From contig JBHIAV010000005.1 in the NCBI GenBank assembly GCA_046758745.1, forward strand, positions 16,291 to 80,290: 64,000 nt of DNA, written 5' to 3'. The notes beneath the pieces were generated by a model that worked only from the letters and a program-made list of their open reading frames with translations, made no database searches and was not told where the DNA came from. Of this stretch, positions 25,696-34,367 are shown piece by piece; the stretch's first letter is position 1; each line of letters starts with the position of its first letter. The DNA comes from Gemmatimonadota bacterium. Its GTDB lineage: Bacteria > Gemmatimonadota > Gemmatimonadetes > Palauibacterales > Palauibacteraceae. Position numbers and translations under genes: made by a program.

Positions 25696-26328
25696 GTGAG
25701 CGACGAGGTCGGCGCCGGCGGGAGTCCCGCCTGGCTCCTCGGCGCGGCGGCGCTCTTCCTCCTGCTCCTGGCGGCTCTCGTCGCGACCTCCCTGTGGCGC
25801 CGCGAACCTCCGGCCTTTCCCATCACCCACCGGACGCCTCAAGAGGCGGGAGACTCGCTCGGCCGAGGCCTCGTGACGCTCGACGCACGGGACCGGCGCG
25901 CCTGGGTGCGCTTCGACTTCTCCCGCTCCGCGGTCGTGGAGAGCGGGGAGCCGGCGGGCTGGGATGTGGCCGCTCGCCGCCATCGATTGATCGTCAACGG
26001 TGGCCAGGGCTTCGCCGGGCACGGAGGCGTGATCGAGGTCACCGGCACGCCGTACGAGGCGGTGGGCGAGGCACCCGACGAGGGGTACACGGGATCCAGG
26101 GTCACCGCGGGAGGCGACTCGGTCAACTCCGTCTTCGACGGCTGGTACCGCTACGGCTTCTTCTCTCACCTGCTCGAGCCGAAGCCGGCCACGTACATCG
26201 TGCGAACGGCAGACGGAAGATATGCGAAGCTGCGCATCCTCAGCTACTACTGTCCGGGAGCGGAGCCCGGCTGCCTCACCTTCGAGTACAGCTACCAGGG
26301 AGCGGGCGGAACGAGGCTGGCGCCCTAG
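25696..26328 (+). CDS. HmuY-family heme-binding protein with N-terminal TM anchor
   Basis: WVRFDFS, GWDVAARR..LIVNGG, WYRY..SHLLEP, YIVRTADGRYAKLRILSYYC. Confidence 0.8.
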   Translation: MSDEVGAGGSPAWLLGAAALFLLLLAALVATSLWRREPPAFPITHRTPQEAGDSLGRGLVTLDARDRRAWVRFDFSRSAVVESGEPAGWDVAARRHRLIVNGGQGFAGHGGVIEVTGTPYEAVGEAPDEGYTGSRVTAGGDSVNSVFDGWYRYGFFSHLLEPKPATYIVRTADGRYAKLRILSYYCPGAEPGCLTFEYSYQGAGGTRLAP

Positions 26329-26831
26329 TCGTCCGACAGCTCCCTGATGCGAGTCACCAGGCGCGAGGTCGAGCGTTCCGGCACAAGCGGGAGCACGTGC
26401 ACCTCGCCACCCGCCGCGAGCACGTCGGGGCCGCCCACGATCTCCTGTGGTCCGTAGTCGCTCCCTTTTACAAGCACGTCGGGGAGCAGCTTCCGGATCA
26501 GCTCGAGCGGCGTGTCCTCGTCGAACACGGTGACAGCGTCCACGCAGCGGAGCGCGGCGAGGATCACCGCCCGGTCCCCCGCCGTCTGGAACGGCCTGCC
26601 TCTTCCCTTGACCCGGCGCGCCGAGGCATCCGAGTTCACTGCCACCACGAGTCGATCACCCAGGCGGCGAGCCTCCTCGAGACACCGGATGTGCCCGGCG
26701 TGCAGGAGGTCGAACACCCCGTTCGTGAAGACGAGCCGGTGGTCGCGAGGCCTTCCGTACGTCGCGCACAGCGCCGGCCGGGCGAGCACGCGCCCCATGC
26801 CCGGTACGCGGCGTTCCTCGCCGCCCCTCAC
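26325..26831 (-). CDS. rfaE2: D-glycero-beta-D-manno-heptose 1-phosphate adenylyltransferase (HldE domain II)
   Basis: VFTNGVFDLLHAGH, AVNSDAS..KG..RP, FDEDTP, PDVLVKGSDY, STS. Confidence 0.9.
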   Translation of the reverse strand: MRGGEERRVPGMGRVLARPALCATYGRPRDHRLVFTNGVFDLLHAGHIRCLEEARRLGDRLVVAVNSDASARRVKGRGRPFQTAGDRAVILAALRCVDAVTVFDEDTPLELIRKLLPDVLVKGSDYGPQEIVGGPDVLAAGGEVHVLPLVPERSTSRLVTRIRELSDD

Positions 26832-27784
26832 CTCGGGTCCCTCGCACGGCGCCCGAGCAGCTCTCCCGCTCCTCGCTCGAGGAGTCGTTCGGCGAGCGCC
26901 CTCCCGATCGCCGCCGGCTCGAACGCCGAGCCGGAGAGCGCATCTCGGATGGCGACCCGCCCGTCGGGCGAGAAGACGGCGGCGGCGGCGCGCAGGCGCG
27001 GCCCCTCCACCTCCGCGAATGCCCCAACCGGGATCTGGCACCCCCCTCCGAGCGCTGCCAGCAGGCTCCGCTCGCACTCGACCGCGGTCCTCGCTTCCCG
27101 GCTCTCGATCGCCGCCAGCAGGCGAGCCGACTCTTCGTCCGAGGCCCGTGCCTCCACGCCGAGGGCGCCCTGCCCCACGGCCGGGAGCCATTCCGGCGGT
27201 TCGAGCCGGGCGAGATGCCGGTGCGGGAGGCCAAGCCGCCGCAGTCCGGCCGCCGCCAGGATGATCGCGTCGTACTCCCCGTCCCGACACTTGCGAAGGC
27301 GGGTTTCGACGTTCCCCCTGATGCTCCGAACCTCGCAGTCCGGCCGCCGGGCCAAGAGCTGCGCGACGCGCCTCAGGGAGGAGGTGCCGAGCACGCTACC
27401 TGCCGGAAGATCCTCGAGTCCTCCCCTTCCCTCCCGGCGGATGAGCAGGTCGGCTGCGTCCGAGCGCTCTGGAACGCATGCCAGGCAGAGCCCCGCCGCC
27501 AGGTCGGTCGGGAGATCTTTGAGGGAGTGCACCGCGGCGTCGATCTCCCCCCGCAGGATCCGCCTCTCCAGCTCGGCGGTGAAGAGACCCTTGCCGCCGA
27601 TCTCGGGAAGCGGTCGATCGATCGATCGATCCCCCTCGGTCTCCACGCCGACGATCTCCACGACGAGACCGGGCCAGGCCGTCCGCACCCGCTCGGCGAC
27701 GACCTCGCTCTGGGCCATAGCGAGCCGCGACCGGCGCGAGCCGATGATGAACCGGGAACGGGAGAGCTCTGGCATGGCCGCCAT
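26828..27784 (-). CDS. hemC: Hydroxymethylbilane synthase (porphobilinogen deaminase)
   Basis: GSRRSRLAMAQ, TEGD, GGKGLFT, AVHSLKDLP, GTSSLRR, IRGNV, PAVGQGAL, GGCQIP. Confidence 0.95.
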   Translation of the reverse strand: MAAMPELSRSRFIIGSRRSRLAMAQSEVVAERVRTAWPGLVVEIVGVETEGDRSIDRPLPEIGGKGLFTAELERRILRGEIDAAVHSLKDLPTDLAAGLCLACVPERSDAADLLIRREGRGGLEDLPAGSVLGTSSLRRVAQLLARRPDCEVRSIRGNVETRLRKCRDGEYDAIILAAAGLRRLGLPHRHLARLEPPEWLPAVGQGALGVEARASDEESARLLAAIESREARTAVECERSLLAALGGGCQIPVGAFAEVEGPRLRAAAAVFSPDGRVAIRDALSGSAFEPAAIGRALAERLLERGAGELLGRRARDPR

Positions 27785-29397
27785 CAGAGAACCCGCCCCG
27801 GAAGGCGGCCGGGCCTACGGGCCGCGGCCACCGCCTCCCGCAGGTCCTTTCGCTGGAAGAGGATCTTGAGGAAGGGCGGCACGATGAAGGTGGAGAGAAT
27901 CACCATGATGAGGATCGCGCTGTACACCGCGTTCGACAGGATCCCCGCCGTGAGACCGATCGAAGCGAAGATGAGCCCCACCTCACCCCGCGGGATCATC
28001 CCCACCCCCACCAGCAGCTTGCTGGTGTCCCGCCGCCGCACCGCCAGACCGGATACGATCTTTCCGATGACCGCGATCACGGTGAGGATGAGGCCGACTG
28101 CCAGGACGGCCAGATCGAAGTCGTCCGATCCGGGAATGAACAGCTTCACGTTCACAGGCGCGCCCACCGCCACGAAGAAGATCGGGGTGAACACGTCGGC
28201 CACCGGCTCGATCCGCTCCACCACCGCGTCGAACTGGTTCGTCGAGGAGAGCACGATCCCGGCGGCGAACGCTCCGATGATCATTGCGGATCCCGCCCAG
28301 TCGGCCAGCGCCGCCACCCCGAGCGCGAAACAGAAGGCCGTAACGAGCAGAACGCCGCGCACACGCATGCGATCCACGTAGTTGAACAGCGCCGGTGCGA
28401 ACCGATTCCCGATCACCACGGCGAGGACGAGGAAGCCGACCGCGAAGAGGAAGATCTTCCCGATCGACAGGACGCCGACGGCGACGCCGCCCGCGAGCCC
28501 CGATACGACGGCGAGGATCACGATGCCCATCACGTCGTCGATGACCGCCGCCCCGATGATGATGCGCGCCTCGGGGGTACTCATCTTCTTGAGGTCCGCC
28601 AGGACGCGCGCGGTGATGCCGACGGAGGTGGCCGTGAGCGTCGCACCCACGAAGACGGCGACGATGGCGAAGGTGATTCCCTGCGGGTGGGCCCCGATAC
28701 CGGGATTGATCATGTACCAGTAGAGAAAGCCGAGCCCGAAGGGCACGACGACGCCGACCGTCGCGACGGAGAAGGCGGTCGGGCCCACATGGAACATCTC
28801 CTTGAGGTCCGTCTCGAGCCCGATCTCGAAGAGGAGGATCGCCACTCCGATCTCGGCGAAGATCTGGACGATCTCCCCGGTGGGTGTGTCGAACGGCGGC
28901 ACGACCCCGAGCAGGCTGCTGCCGAGGACCACCCCGGCGACCAGCTCGCCGAGCACCGCCGGCTGTCCGCGCCGCTCCGCGAACTCGCCGAACAGCTTCC
29001 CGAGAAGGAGAATGGCGATGAGGACAAAGAAGACGTCGCGGACCCTCAGCCCGTCTTCCGCCTCTCCCGTCGAGTCGTGCGCGTTCTGCAGCGCCGGCCG
29101 GCCGGCCTCCCGGGCCGTTTCCGTCAGCCCGGCCCCGGTGTCCGCGCCCCCCCTTACCCCTTCCGCTCCCCGCCCCCGGCTCCTCGGTTCCGCGGTCCGG
29201 ATCGCCCCGGGTGTGCCTCCGGCCGCTCGCCCCGTGCCTGCCGCGCCGGCGAGCAGCGGAGCCGGGGAGACAGGCGCTTCGCCCCCCGCCCGGCCCGCTC
29301 CGCCCGCGATGACGAAGCACAAGCCGAGCGCGACGAGGCCGCGTCGCCAGAGCCTCCGGGTGCTCGCGCGCCGGCCTCGCCCCCTGCCGACTCTCAC
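27784..29397 (-). CDS. Cation:proton antiporter (CPA2/NapA-like)
   Basis: QPAVLGELVAG, LLFEIGLE, ATSVGITARVL, AAVIDDV, GMIPRGEV. Start uncertain (low-complexity N-terminus). Confidence 0.88.
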   Translation of the reverse strand: MRVGRGRGRRASTRRLWRRGLVALGLCFVIAGGAGRAGGEAPVSPAPLLAGAAGTGRAAGGTPGAIRTAEPRSRGRGAEGVRGGADTGAGLTETAREAGRPALQNAHDSTGEAEDGLRVRDVFFVLIAILLLGKLFGEFAERRGQPAVLGELVAGVVLGSSLLGVVPPFDTPTGEIVQIFAEIGVAILLFEIGLETDLKEMFHVGPTAFSVATVGVVVPFGLGFLYWYMINPGIGAHPQGITFAIVAVFVGATLTATSVGITARVLADLKKMSTPEARIIIGAAVIDDVMGIVILAVVSGLAGGVAVGVLSIGKIFLFAVGFLVLAVVIGNRFAPALFNYVDRMRVRGVLLVTAFCFALGVAALADWAGSAMIIGAFAAGIVLSSTNQFDAVVERIEPVADVFTPIFFVAVGAPVNVKLFIPGSDDFDLAVLAVGLILTVIAVIGKIVSGLAVRRRDTSKLLVGVGMIPRGEVGLIFASIGLTAGILSNAVYSAILIMVILSTFIVPPFLKILFQRKDLREAVAAARRPGRLPGRVL

Positions 29398-29456
29398 GGC
29401 CTACCGGGTCCGCTCGCCCGGCCGGGCTCCGCCGCGGACGGTCCGGCCGCGAGCGC

Positions 29457-29963
29457 TTACCACTGGGACTGCGCCCCGTCCACGATCTTCTGGATGAGGT
29501 TCTCGAGCGCCAGCTGCTGACCCTCGTCCTCCGTCTCCGTCTCGGGGTCGTACTCGCCCACGCCGGTCACCGAGGGAGCGTTCCAGATCACCTCGTTGCG
29601 CTGCAGGTCGATGATCTCCACACGGGCCCGAATCGTGATCCGCCGCTGGAACACGTCGGCTCCGACATCCTCGCGAGCCTCGAAGTTCAGCGCGCGGTCG
29701 GCGTACCCGGTGATGGTCGCGCGGATCACGGAGTCCGCGTCCCCCTCCGAGGCGAGCTGCACACCTAGGCGACCGCGCGCGGCGTCGAGAAGACCCTGAG
29801 TGAGCTGTTCCGTGAGGGTGAAGCGGGTCGTCTGATTCTCGACCGGAGGGACGAACATGGTGTGGACATGCGAGGGAAGGCCCCCTCCCCCGGAGAAGGT
29901 GTAGTTGCAGCCGGCCAGAGCGAGGACGAGAGCGAGCCGGCTAACGCGAAGACGTGAGCTCAT
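29457..29963 (-). CDS. lptE: LPS assembly lipoprotein LptE-like
   Basis: Lipobox LAGC-NYTF, LPSHVHTMFVPPVENQT, ADSVIRATI, C-terminal W. Confidence 0.72.
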   Translation of the reverse strand: MSSRLRVSRLALVLALAGCNYTFSGGGGLPSHVHTMFVPPVENQTTRFTLTEQLTQGLLDAARGRLGVQLASEGDADSVIRATITGYADRALNFEAREDVGADVFQRRITIRARVEIIDLQRNEVIWNAPSVTGVGEYDPETETEDEGQQLALENLIQKIVDGAQSQW

Positions 29964-30729
29964 AGATCTCTTTCGGGTGAGGCGCGGTGGCCCGTACTTT
30001 CCCCATCTCCCATCTAACGCGGCTCCGGGCGGCGAGGTCCCGATACTCGGCTCTGCGGGGCCACTCCCCCTCGGCATGCCACTCGACGACTACCCTCCGG
30101 AGAGTGCGGCCGGCTCTTCGCTGCTCGAGCCGTCGCAGGCGTCCCTCGCGCAGGAAGAAGTACGTGGTCTCGCTCCGGTCGTTCCCATACACCAGCACCT
30201 CGTCCTCTCCGGAAACGTATCCGCGGGTCGGCTCCGGGGCGGCCGGCCGGAAGATGCCGGCCATCGCGTACAGGAATGGCGGGGACGGCAACTCGACATC
30301 CTCGATCTCGCCGAGGGTGGCGAGGGAATCGCCCGCCAGGGAGACGGCGAGGGCCAGGTCGCCGGAGGTGAACAGGTCCAGTCGCAGGCTGTCGGGGGGG
30401 TTGAAGCGCGCGATCCCCTCCCCTTCCACCCGCCCGCGGCGGTCGCCGTACCGCCACTCGAATCGCACCGTCGCCGGCGTCACCGCACCGCCGAGGGAAG
30501 CCCGACGGACCACGGCCACGGGATCGTCGAGAGGCGGGCCCGTCCCGACAAACCCGGTACAGCCGGTCGCCGTCAACACGCTCGCCACCAGCGCCCCGAC
30601 CCGAAAGCGGTCCCGGGGGGGCAAAAAGCCCGGAAGGCACGGGCGCTGACGCAGGGGGGCGAGCAGAGGAAGGGGGCCGCGACAGCTCATCCGGAGCGAC
30701 CATCCGGGCGGCGGCCGCTCAGCTCGCAT
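29941..30729 (-). CDS. Hypothetical lipoprotein (possible LolB/DUF4292-like fold)
   Basis: LTATGC lipobox, GEGIARFNPPDSLRLDLF. Start uncertain. Confidence 0.55.
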   Translation of the reverse strand: MRAERPPPGWSLRMSCRGPLPLLAPLRQRPCLPGFLPPRDRFRVGALVASVLTATGCTGFVGTGPPLDDPVAVVRRASLGGAVTPATVRFEWRYGDRRGRVEGEGIARFNPPDSLRLDLFTSGDLALAVSLAGDSLATLGEIEDVELPSPPFLYAMAGIFRPAAPEPTRGYVSGEDEVLVYGNDRSETTYFFLREGRLRRLEQRRAGRTLRRVVVEWHAEGEWPRRAEYRDLAARSRVRWEMGKVRATAPHPKEIYELTSSR

Positions 30730-31177
30730 GCTCCGCCGGCCGGGCAGCGCCGTCGGCTCGCGCGAGCTCCTCCAACGCCTTCCGCAGCTCGGCCGGCATT
30801 CGCCGCGGTCTCCCCGCGACGTCCGTGCACACCAGGTCGGTGGATGCGCGGGCGAGAAGCTCCCCGTCGGAACTCCGCAACACGTCGTACAGGAAGGTCA
30901 CGGAGCGACTGCGCACGGCGCTGACTCGCGTCTCGACGGCCACGAGCTCCTCGTACTCCGCTCCCCGTCGGTACTCGACCTCCAGGCGGGAGACGGGCAG
31001 GAGGATTCCTCTCCTTTCCAGCTCCGCGTACGAGATGCCGCTCTCCCGCATCAGGGCGGTGCGACCCAGCTCGCACCAGACCACGTAGGCTCCGTGATGT
31101 GCCCTTCGCATCTGGTCTGTCTCGGCGTAGCGAACCCGAACTTCGACCCGCCCGCCGCATTTCGCCTCGTCTCTCAT
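30719..31177 (-). CDS. Acyl-CoA thioesterase (YbgC/4HBT family)
   Basis: VRVRYAETDQM..AHHGAY..WCELGRT. Confidence 0.85.
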   Translation of the reverse strand: MRDEAKCGGRVEVRVRYAETDQMRRAHHGAYVVWCELGRTALMRESGISYAELERRGILLPVSRLEVEYRRGAEYEELVAVETRVSAVRSRSVTFLYDVLRSSDGELLARASTDLVCTDVAGRPRRMPAELRKALEELARADGAARPAEHAS

Positions 31178-31340
31178 CGGCCTGAACAGAGGGAGATCCC
31201 CTCGCCTCGCGCAAGGGGCGGGGAGCGAGGGACGCTCCGCGCGTGCCCGGCGACGACATGCACCGGTCCCGCCCGCGCCGAACACCGGGACGTCGGCGGC
31301 CGCCTTTCCGGTCTCCGGGGCGGGGATCTATGTTTCATCG

Positions 31341-32075
31341 GTGGATCCGATCACGCTGGTCACCTCGGACGCACATCTCGGCGAGGTGTCCGCCGAGAAC
31401 GAGGCGGCGTTTCACGCCTTCCTCCGGCACGCCGCGGGCGCCGCCGGCGAGCTCCTGATCAACGGCGACTTGTTCGACTTCTGGTTCGAATACCGCTCCG
31501 TCGTGCTTCGCCGTCATTTCATGACCCTGCGTCTTCTGGCCGACCTGGTGGACGCGGGGGTGCGGGTGCGCCTGGTAGGCGGCAATCACGACGCGTGGGG
31601 CGGGCCCTTCCTGACCGAGGAGATCGGGATGGAGCTCATCCAGGGTCCCGTGGTGACATCGGTCGGCGGACGCCTCGCCTACCTGGCACACGGCGACGGG
31701 CTGGCGGAGGGTGACTGGGGGTACCGCGGGCTCAAGCGGGTGATCCGGAGCCGGGGTGCTCGGAAGCTCTTTCGGCTCGTTCATCCGGACCTGGCGACGC
31801 GTCTGGTGCGCCGTGTGAGCCGCACGCAAGAGAGGCGGGCTGATGGCCCGCGGGACGATCTCCGTCGCGCCGAGCTCCTCTCATCGCACGCCGAGGCGAT
31901 CCTCGAGGAACGACCCGAACTGGAGCTAGTGATCTTCGGTCACGCGCACCGTCCTGAGCTCCGCGAGATAGCTCCAGGCCGGCACTACCTGAATCCCGGC
32001 GACTGGATCCATCATTGCAGTTACGCGGTGGTGAGCCCGGAGCGGATCGAGCTCAAGCGGTGGAATCCACGCTGA
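31341..32075 (+). CDS. lpxH: UDP-2,3-diacylglucosamine diphosphatase (LpxH-like metallophosphoesterase)
   Basis: SDAHLG, GDLFDFWFEY, GNHD, AHGDG, FGHAHRP, YLNPGDW. Confidence 0.85.
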   Translation: MDPITLVTSDAHLGEVSAENEAAFHAFLRHAAGAAGELLINGDLFDFWFEYRSVVLRRHFMTLRLLADLVDAGVRVRLVGGNHDAWGGPFLTEEIGMELIQGPVVTSVGGRLAYLAHGDGLAEGDWGYRGLKRVIRSRGARKLFRLVHPDLATRLVRRVSRTQERRADGPRDDLRRAELLSSHAEAILEERPELELVIFGHAHRPELREIAPGRHYLNPGDWIHHCSYAVVSPERIELKRWNPR

Positions 32076-32913
32076 CCTTCTCGAGGTGGTCGATCTCGCC
32101 ACCCAGAAACCTGCTCGCCAAGCTGCCGAAGCGTTCCGCGTCGTCCGTCACGAAGTAGCGCCCTGCCACTGCACGACCTTCGGGTGCGAGCAGTCCCGCG
32201 CCGGCCAGGGATCTCGCCACATGGTCCGCCGTCGCCTCCGCCGAGTCGATGAGTGTCACGGTCGGCCCCGCCACGTCCGCCAGAAGGGGCTTGAGGAGCG
32301 GGTAGTGGGTGCAGCCGAGGACGAGCGTGTCGATGCCCCGATCGAGAAGCGGCCGCAGGTAGTGCTCGGCCGTGAGACGCGCCACCTCGCCCGCCGTCCA
32401 TCCCTCCTCCACGAGCGGCACGAAGAGAGGACACGGGGCCGCGACGATCTCCGCCTCCGGCCGCCAGGAGCGGATGGCGCTCTCGTAAGCCCCGCTCTCG
32501 ATCGTCCCCTGTGTGCCGATGACGCCGATCCGCCCGCTCGGCGAGTCGGTCGCCGCCCGTCTGGCACCGGGCTCGACTACGCCGATCACCGGTACCCGGG
32601 CGCGCTCTCCGATCACGGCCAACGCGTGCGCGCTGGCGGTGTTGCACGCCACCACGATCGCCTTGACCCCTCGCGCGACCAGGAAATCCGCCGCCTCCGT
32701 CGAGTACCGCCGTATGGTCGAGGCCGATTTCGGACCGTATGGGAGGCGGGCCGTGTCCCCCAGATACACCGTCGACTCGTCCGGGAGGCACCGACGGATC
32801 TCCCGCAGCACCGTGAGGCCCCCGATGCCGGAATCGAACACGCCGATCGGCGCTTCGAGGCGGAGATCCCCTCCGTTCCCGGTGACTCCGCTCGCTCCTC
32901 CCCGCGCCGCCAT
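32053..32913 (-). CDS. murI: Glutamate racemase
   Basis: PIGVFDSGIGGLTV, GDTARLPYG, VACNTASA, LVLGCTHYP. Confidence 0.95.
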   Translation of the reverse strand: MAARGGASGVTGNGGDLRLEAPIGVFDSGIGGLTVLREIRRCLPDESTVYLGDTARLPYGPKSASTIRRYSTEAADFLVARGVKAIVVACNTASAHALAVIGERARVPVIGVVEPGARRAATDSPSGRIGVIGTQGTIESGAYESAIRSWRPEAEIVAAPCPLFVPLVEEGWTAGEVARLTAEHYLRPLLDRGIDTLVLGCTHYPLLKPLLADVAGPTVTLIDSAEATADHVARSLAGAGLLAPEGRAVAGRYFVTDDAERFGSLASRFLGGEIDHLEKVSVDSTA

Positions 32914-32918
32914 CGATG

Positions 32919-33677
32919 CTATGGGCCACGCACGGCGATGCGGTAACGCAGCTCGAGGCCTGCCGCGCCGTCCGCGGGTGGCGTCACCTCTCCCTCGAAC
33001 CCCTGCAGGTGCGCGGACACCCACGCGTCCACGCCGCTGAGAAGCGCGAAGAAGGCAGCCAAGACGATCCAATCCTCCCGCTGCTCCTTGCGCGCATCCA
33101 CCAGGGCGCTGTCGGCCGGTGAGGCGCGCCGCGCCGCGTCCAGCTTCGACTGAGTCTTGAAGACCATGAACAGGCTTCCCGCCTCGGCGGCAAAGTAGAA
33201 GGCCCCACGGCCCGGCTTTCCCGCCGCCACCTGGCCCCACCCCGGGACGATGAGCGATCGGCCGAGCGCGCCGAGCGGGCTGACCCGGGGGCGGGCCGCA
33301 GAGTCGGGGACGACCCCGGCTTCCTGCCGTTCCTCCGCCTGCCGCGGCTCGCCGGCTCCCCCTTCCCGCGAAGCTCCACCAGCGGCCGGACTCCCGCCGC
33401 CGCTCTCGGCGGGGCCAGGCTCCTCCGCCCGCGGCCGCTCCGGCTCCTGAGCCGACGCGTTCCGGGACGGCCGTGCCGCAGCCGCCGCCACGCAGAACAG
33501 GAGCACCGCCGAGCGGGAGATGACGATGCGGAAGCAGGTACGGGAGGCGAGGGGGGCCGAGCGCCCCGTTCCCTGGGCCCCGCGCCCGGATTCCGGTCGC
33601 TCCCGTGGCCCCCGCTTCCCTGCCCCTGCCGGCGGCCGGTCCCGCGCCTCCGGAAGCCGCGATCCCCGCTCTGGCAC
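32919..33677 (-). CDS. Hypothetical DUF5683-like membrane protein
   Basis: SPLGALGRSLIVPGWGQ, SGVDAWVSAHL. Start uncertain. Confidence 0.6.
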   Translation of the reverse strand: MPERGSRLPEARDRPPAGAGKRGPRERPESGRGAQGTGRSAPLASRTCFRIVISRSAVLLFCVAAAAARPSRNASAQEPERPRAEEPGPAESGGGSPAAGGASREGGAGEPRQAEERQEAGVVPDSAARPRVSPLGALGRSLIVPGWGQVAAGKPGRGAFYFAAEAGSLFMVFKTQSKLDAARRASPADSALVDARKEQREDWIVLAAFFALLSGVDAWVSAHLQGFEGEVTPPADGAAGLELRYRIAVRGP

Positions 33678-33693
33678 CGGGAGGGCCGGGAAA

Positions 33694-33790
33694 TGGCGGG
33701 AGCGTGTGGGAATCGAACCCACCCGGGACGCTATCCGCACCCCGAAACGGTTTTGAAGACCGCCGGTGACACCAGCCACCATCCGCTCCC
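33694..33790 (-). tRNA. selC: tRNA-Sec (UCA)
   Basis: GGGAGCG acceptor; 6-bp D-stem GGTGGC/GTCACC with 4-nt loop; anticodon loop CTTCAAA; long variable arm; GTGGG-TTCGATT-CCCAC; ends GCCA; 97 nt. Confidence 0.93.
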
Positions 33791-33845
33791 CCGGCGTCGC
33801 GCCAAACGCTCTCCCTCCGGCGTCGCCCCGCTCCATCCCCCTTCC

Positions 33846-34247
33846 TCAACCGCCGGCGGCGGGGCGGAGACGAGCGATGAGCTCCACCTCCACCCGGGCG
33901 TCGCGCGGAAGCCTCGCCGACTGCACGGCCGAGCGAGCCGGGTACGGCTCCTCGAACGCCTCTGCGTACACCTCGTTCACCGCCGCGAACTCGTCCATGT
34001 CGGCCAGGTACACCGTCGTCTTGACGACGTCTCGGAAGCCGAGCCCGGCGGCGCGAAGCACCGCGTCGAGGTTTCGGAACAGCTGGCGGGCCTGGCTCAC
34101 CACATCCGGACCGGCCATCTTTCCGGTAGCCGGATCGATCCCGATCTGTCCGGCGGCGAAAAGGTACCCCCCGGCGATGATGCCCTGCGAGTACGGACCG
34201 AGGGCGGCCGGCGCCCCCTTCGTGTGAACTGCTCTCGTGTCCGTCAC
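33846..34247 (-). CDS. ridA: RidA/YjgF enamine deaminase
   Basis: APAALGPYSQG, AGQIG, VVKTTVYL, FAAVNEVY, PARS, LPRDARVEVE. Confidence 0.92.
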   Translation of the reverse strand: MTDTRAVHTKGAPAALGPYSQGIIAGGYLFAAGQIGIDPATGKMAGPDVVSQARQLFRNLDAVLRAAGLGFRDVVKTTVYLADMDEFAAVNEVYAEAFEEPYPARSAVQSARLPRDARVEVELIARLRPAAGG

Positions 34248-34367
34248 CTCGCTTCCTCTCCGTCCGGTTCGGTCCGCACGGGGGCCGAGCGCGGCCCTCC
34301 GCCGCGCGCGTGGGAATGTCGCGGCGGCGCGTCGCCGAGCCGCCGGCGCGTGTGAGCTTCCGGACCT

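Noticed and set aside
34280-34296. 17-nt match GGGGGCCGAGCGCGGCC with 643-659 (opposite strand) as a REP-like repeat
   Set aside because: Only two copies noticed and almost pure GC, so it is compatible with chance.
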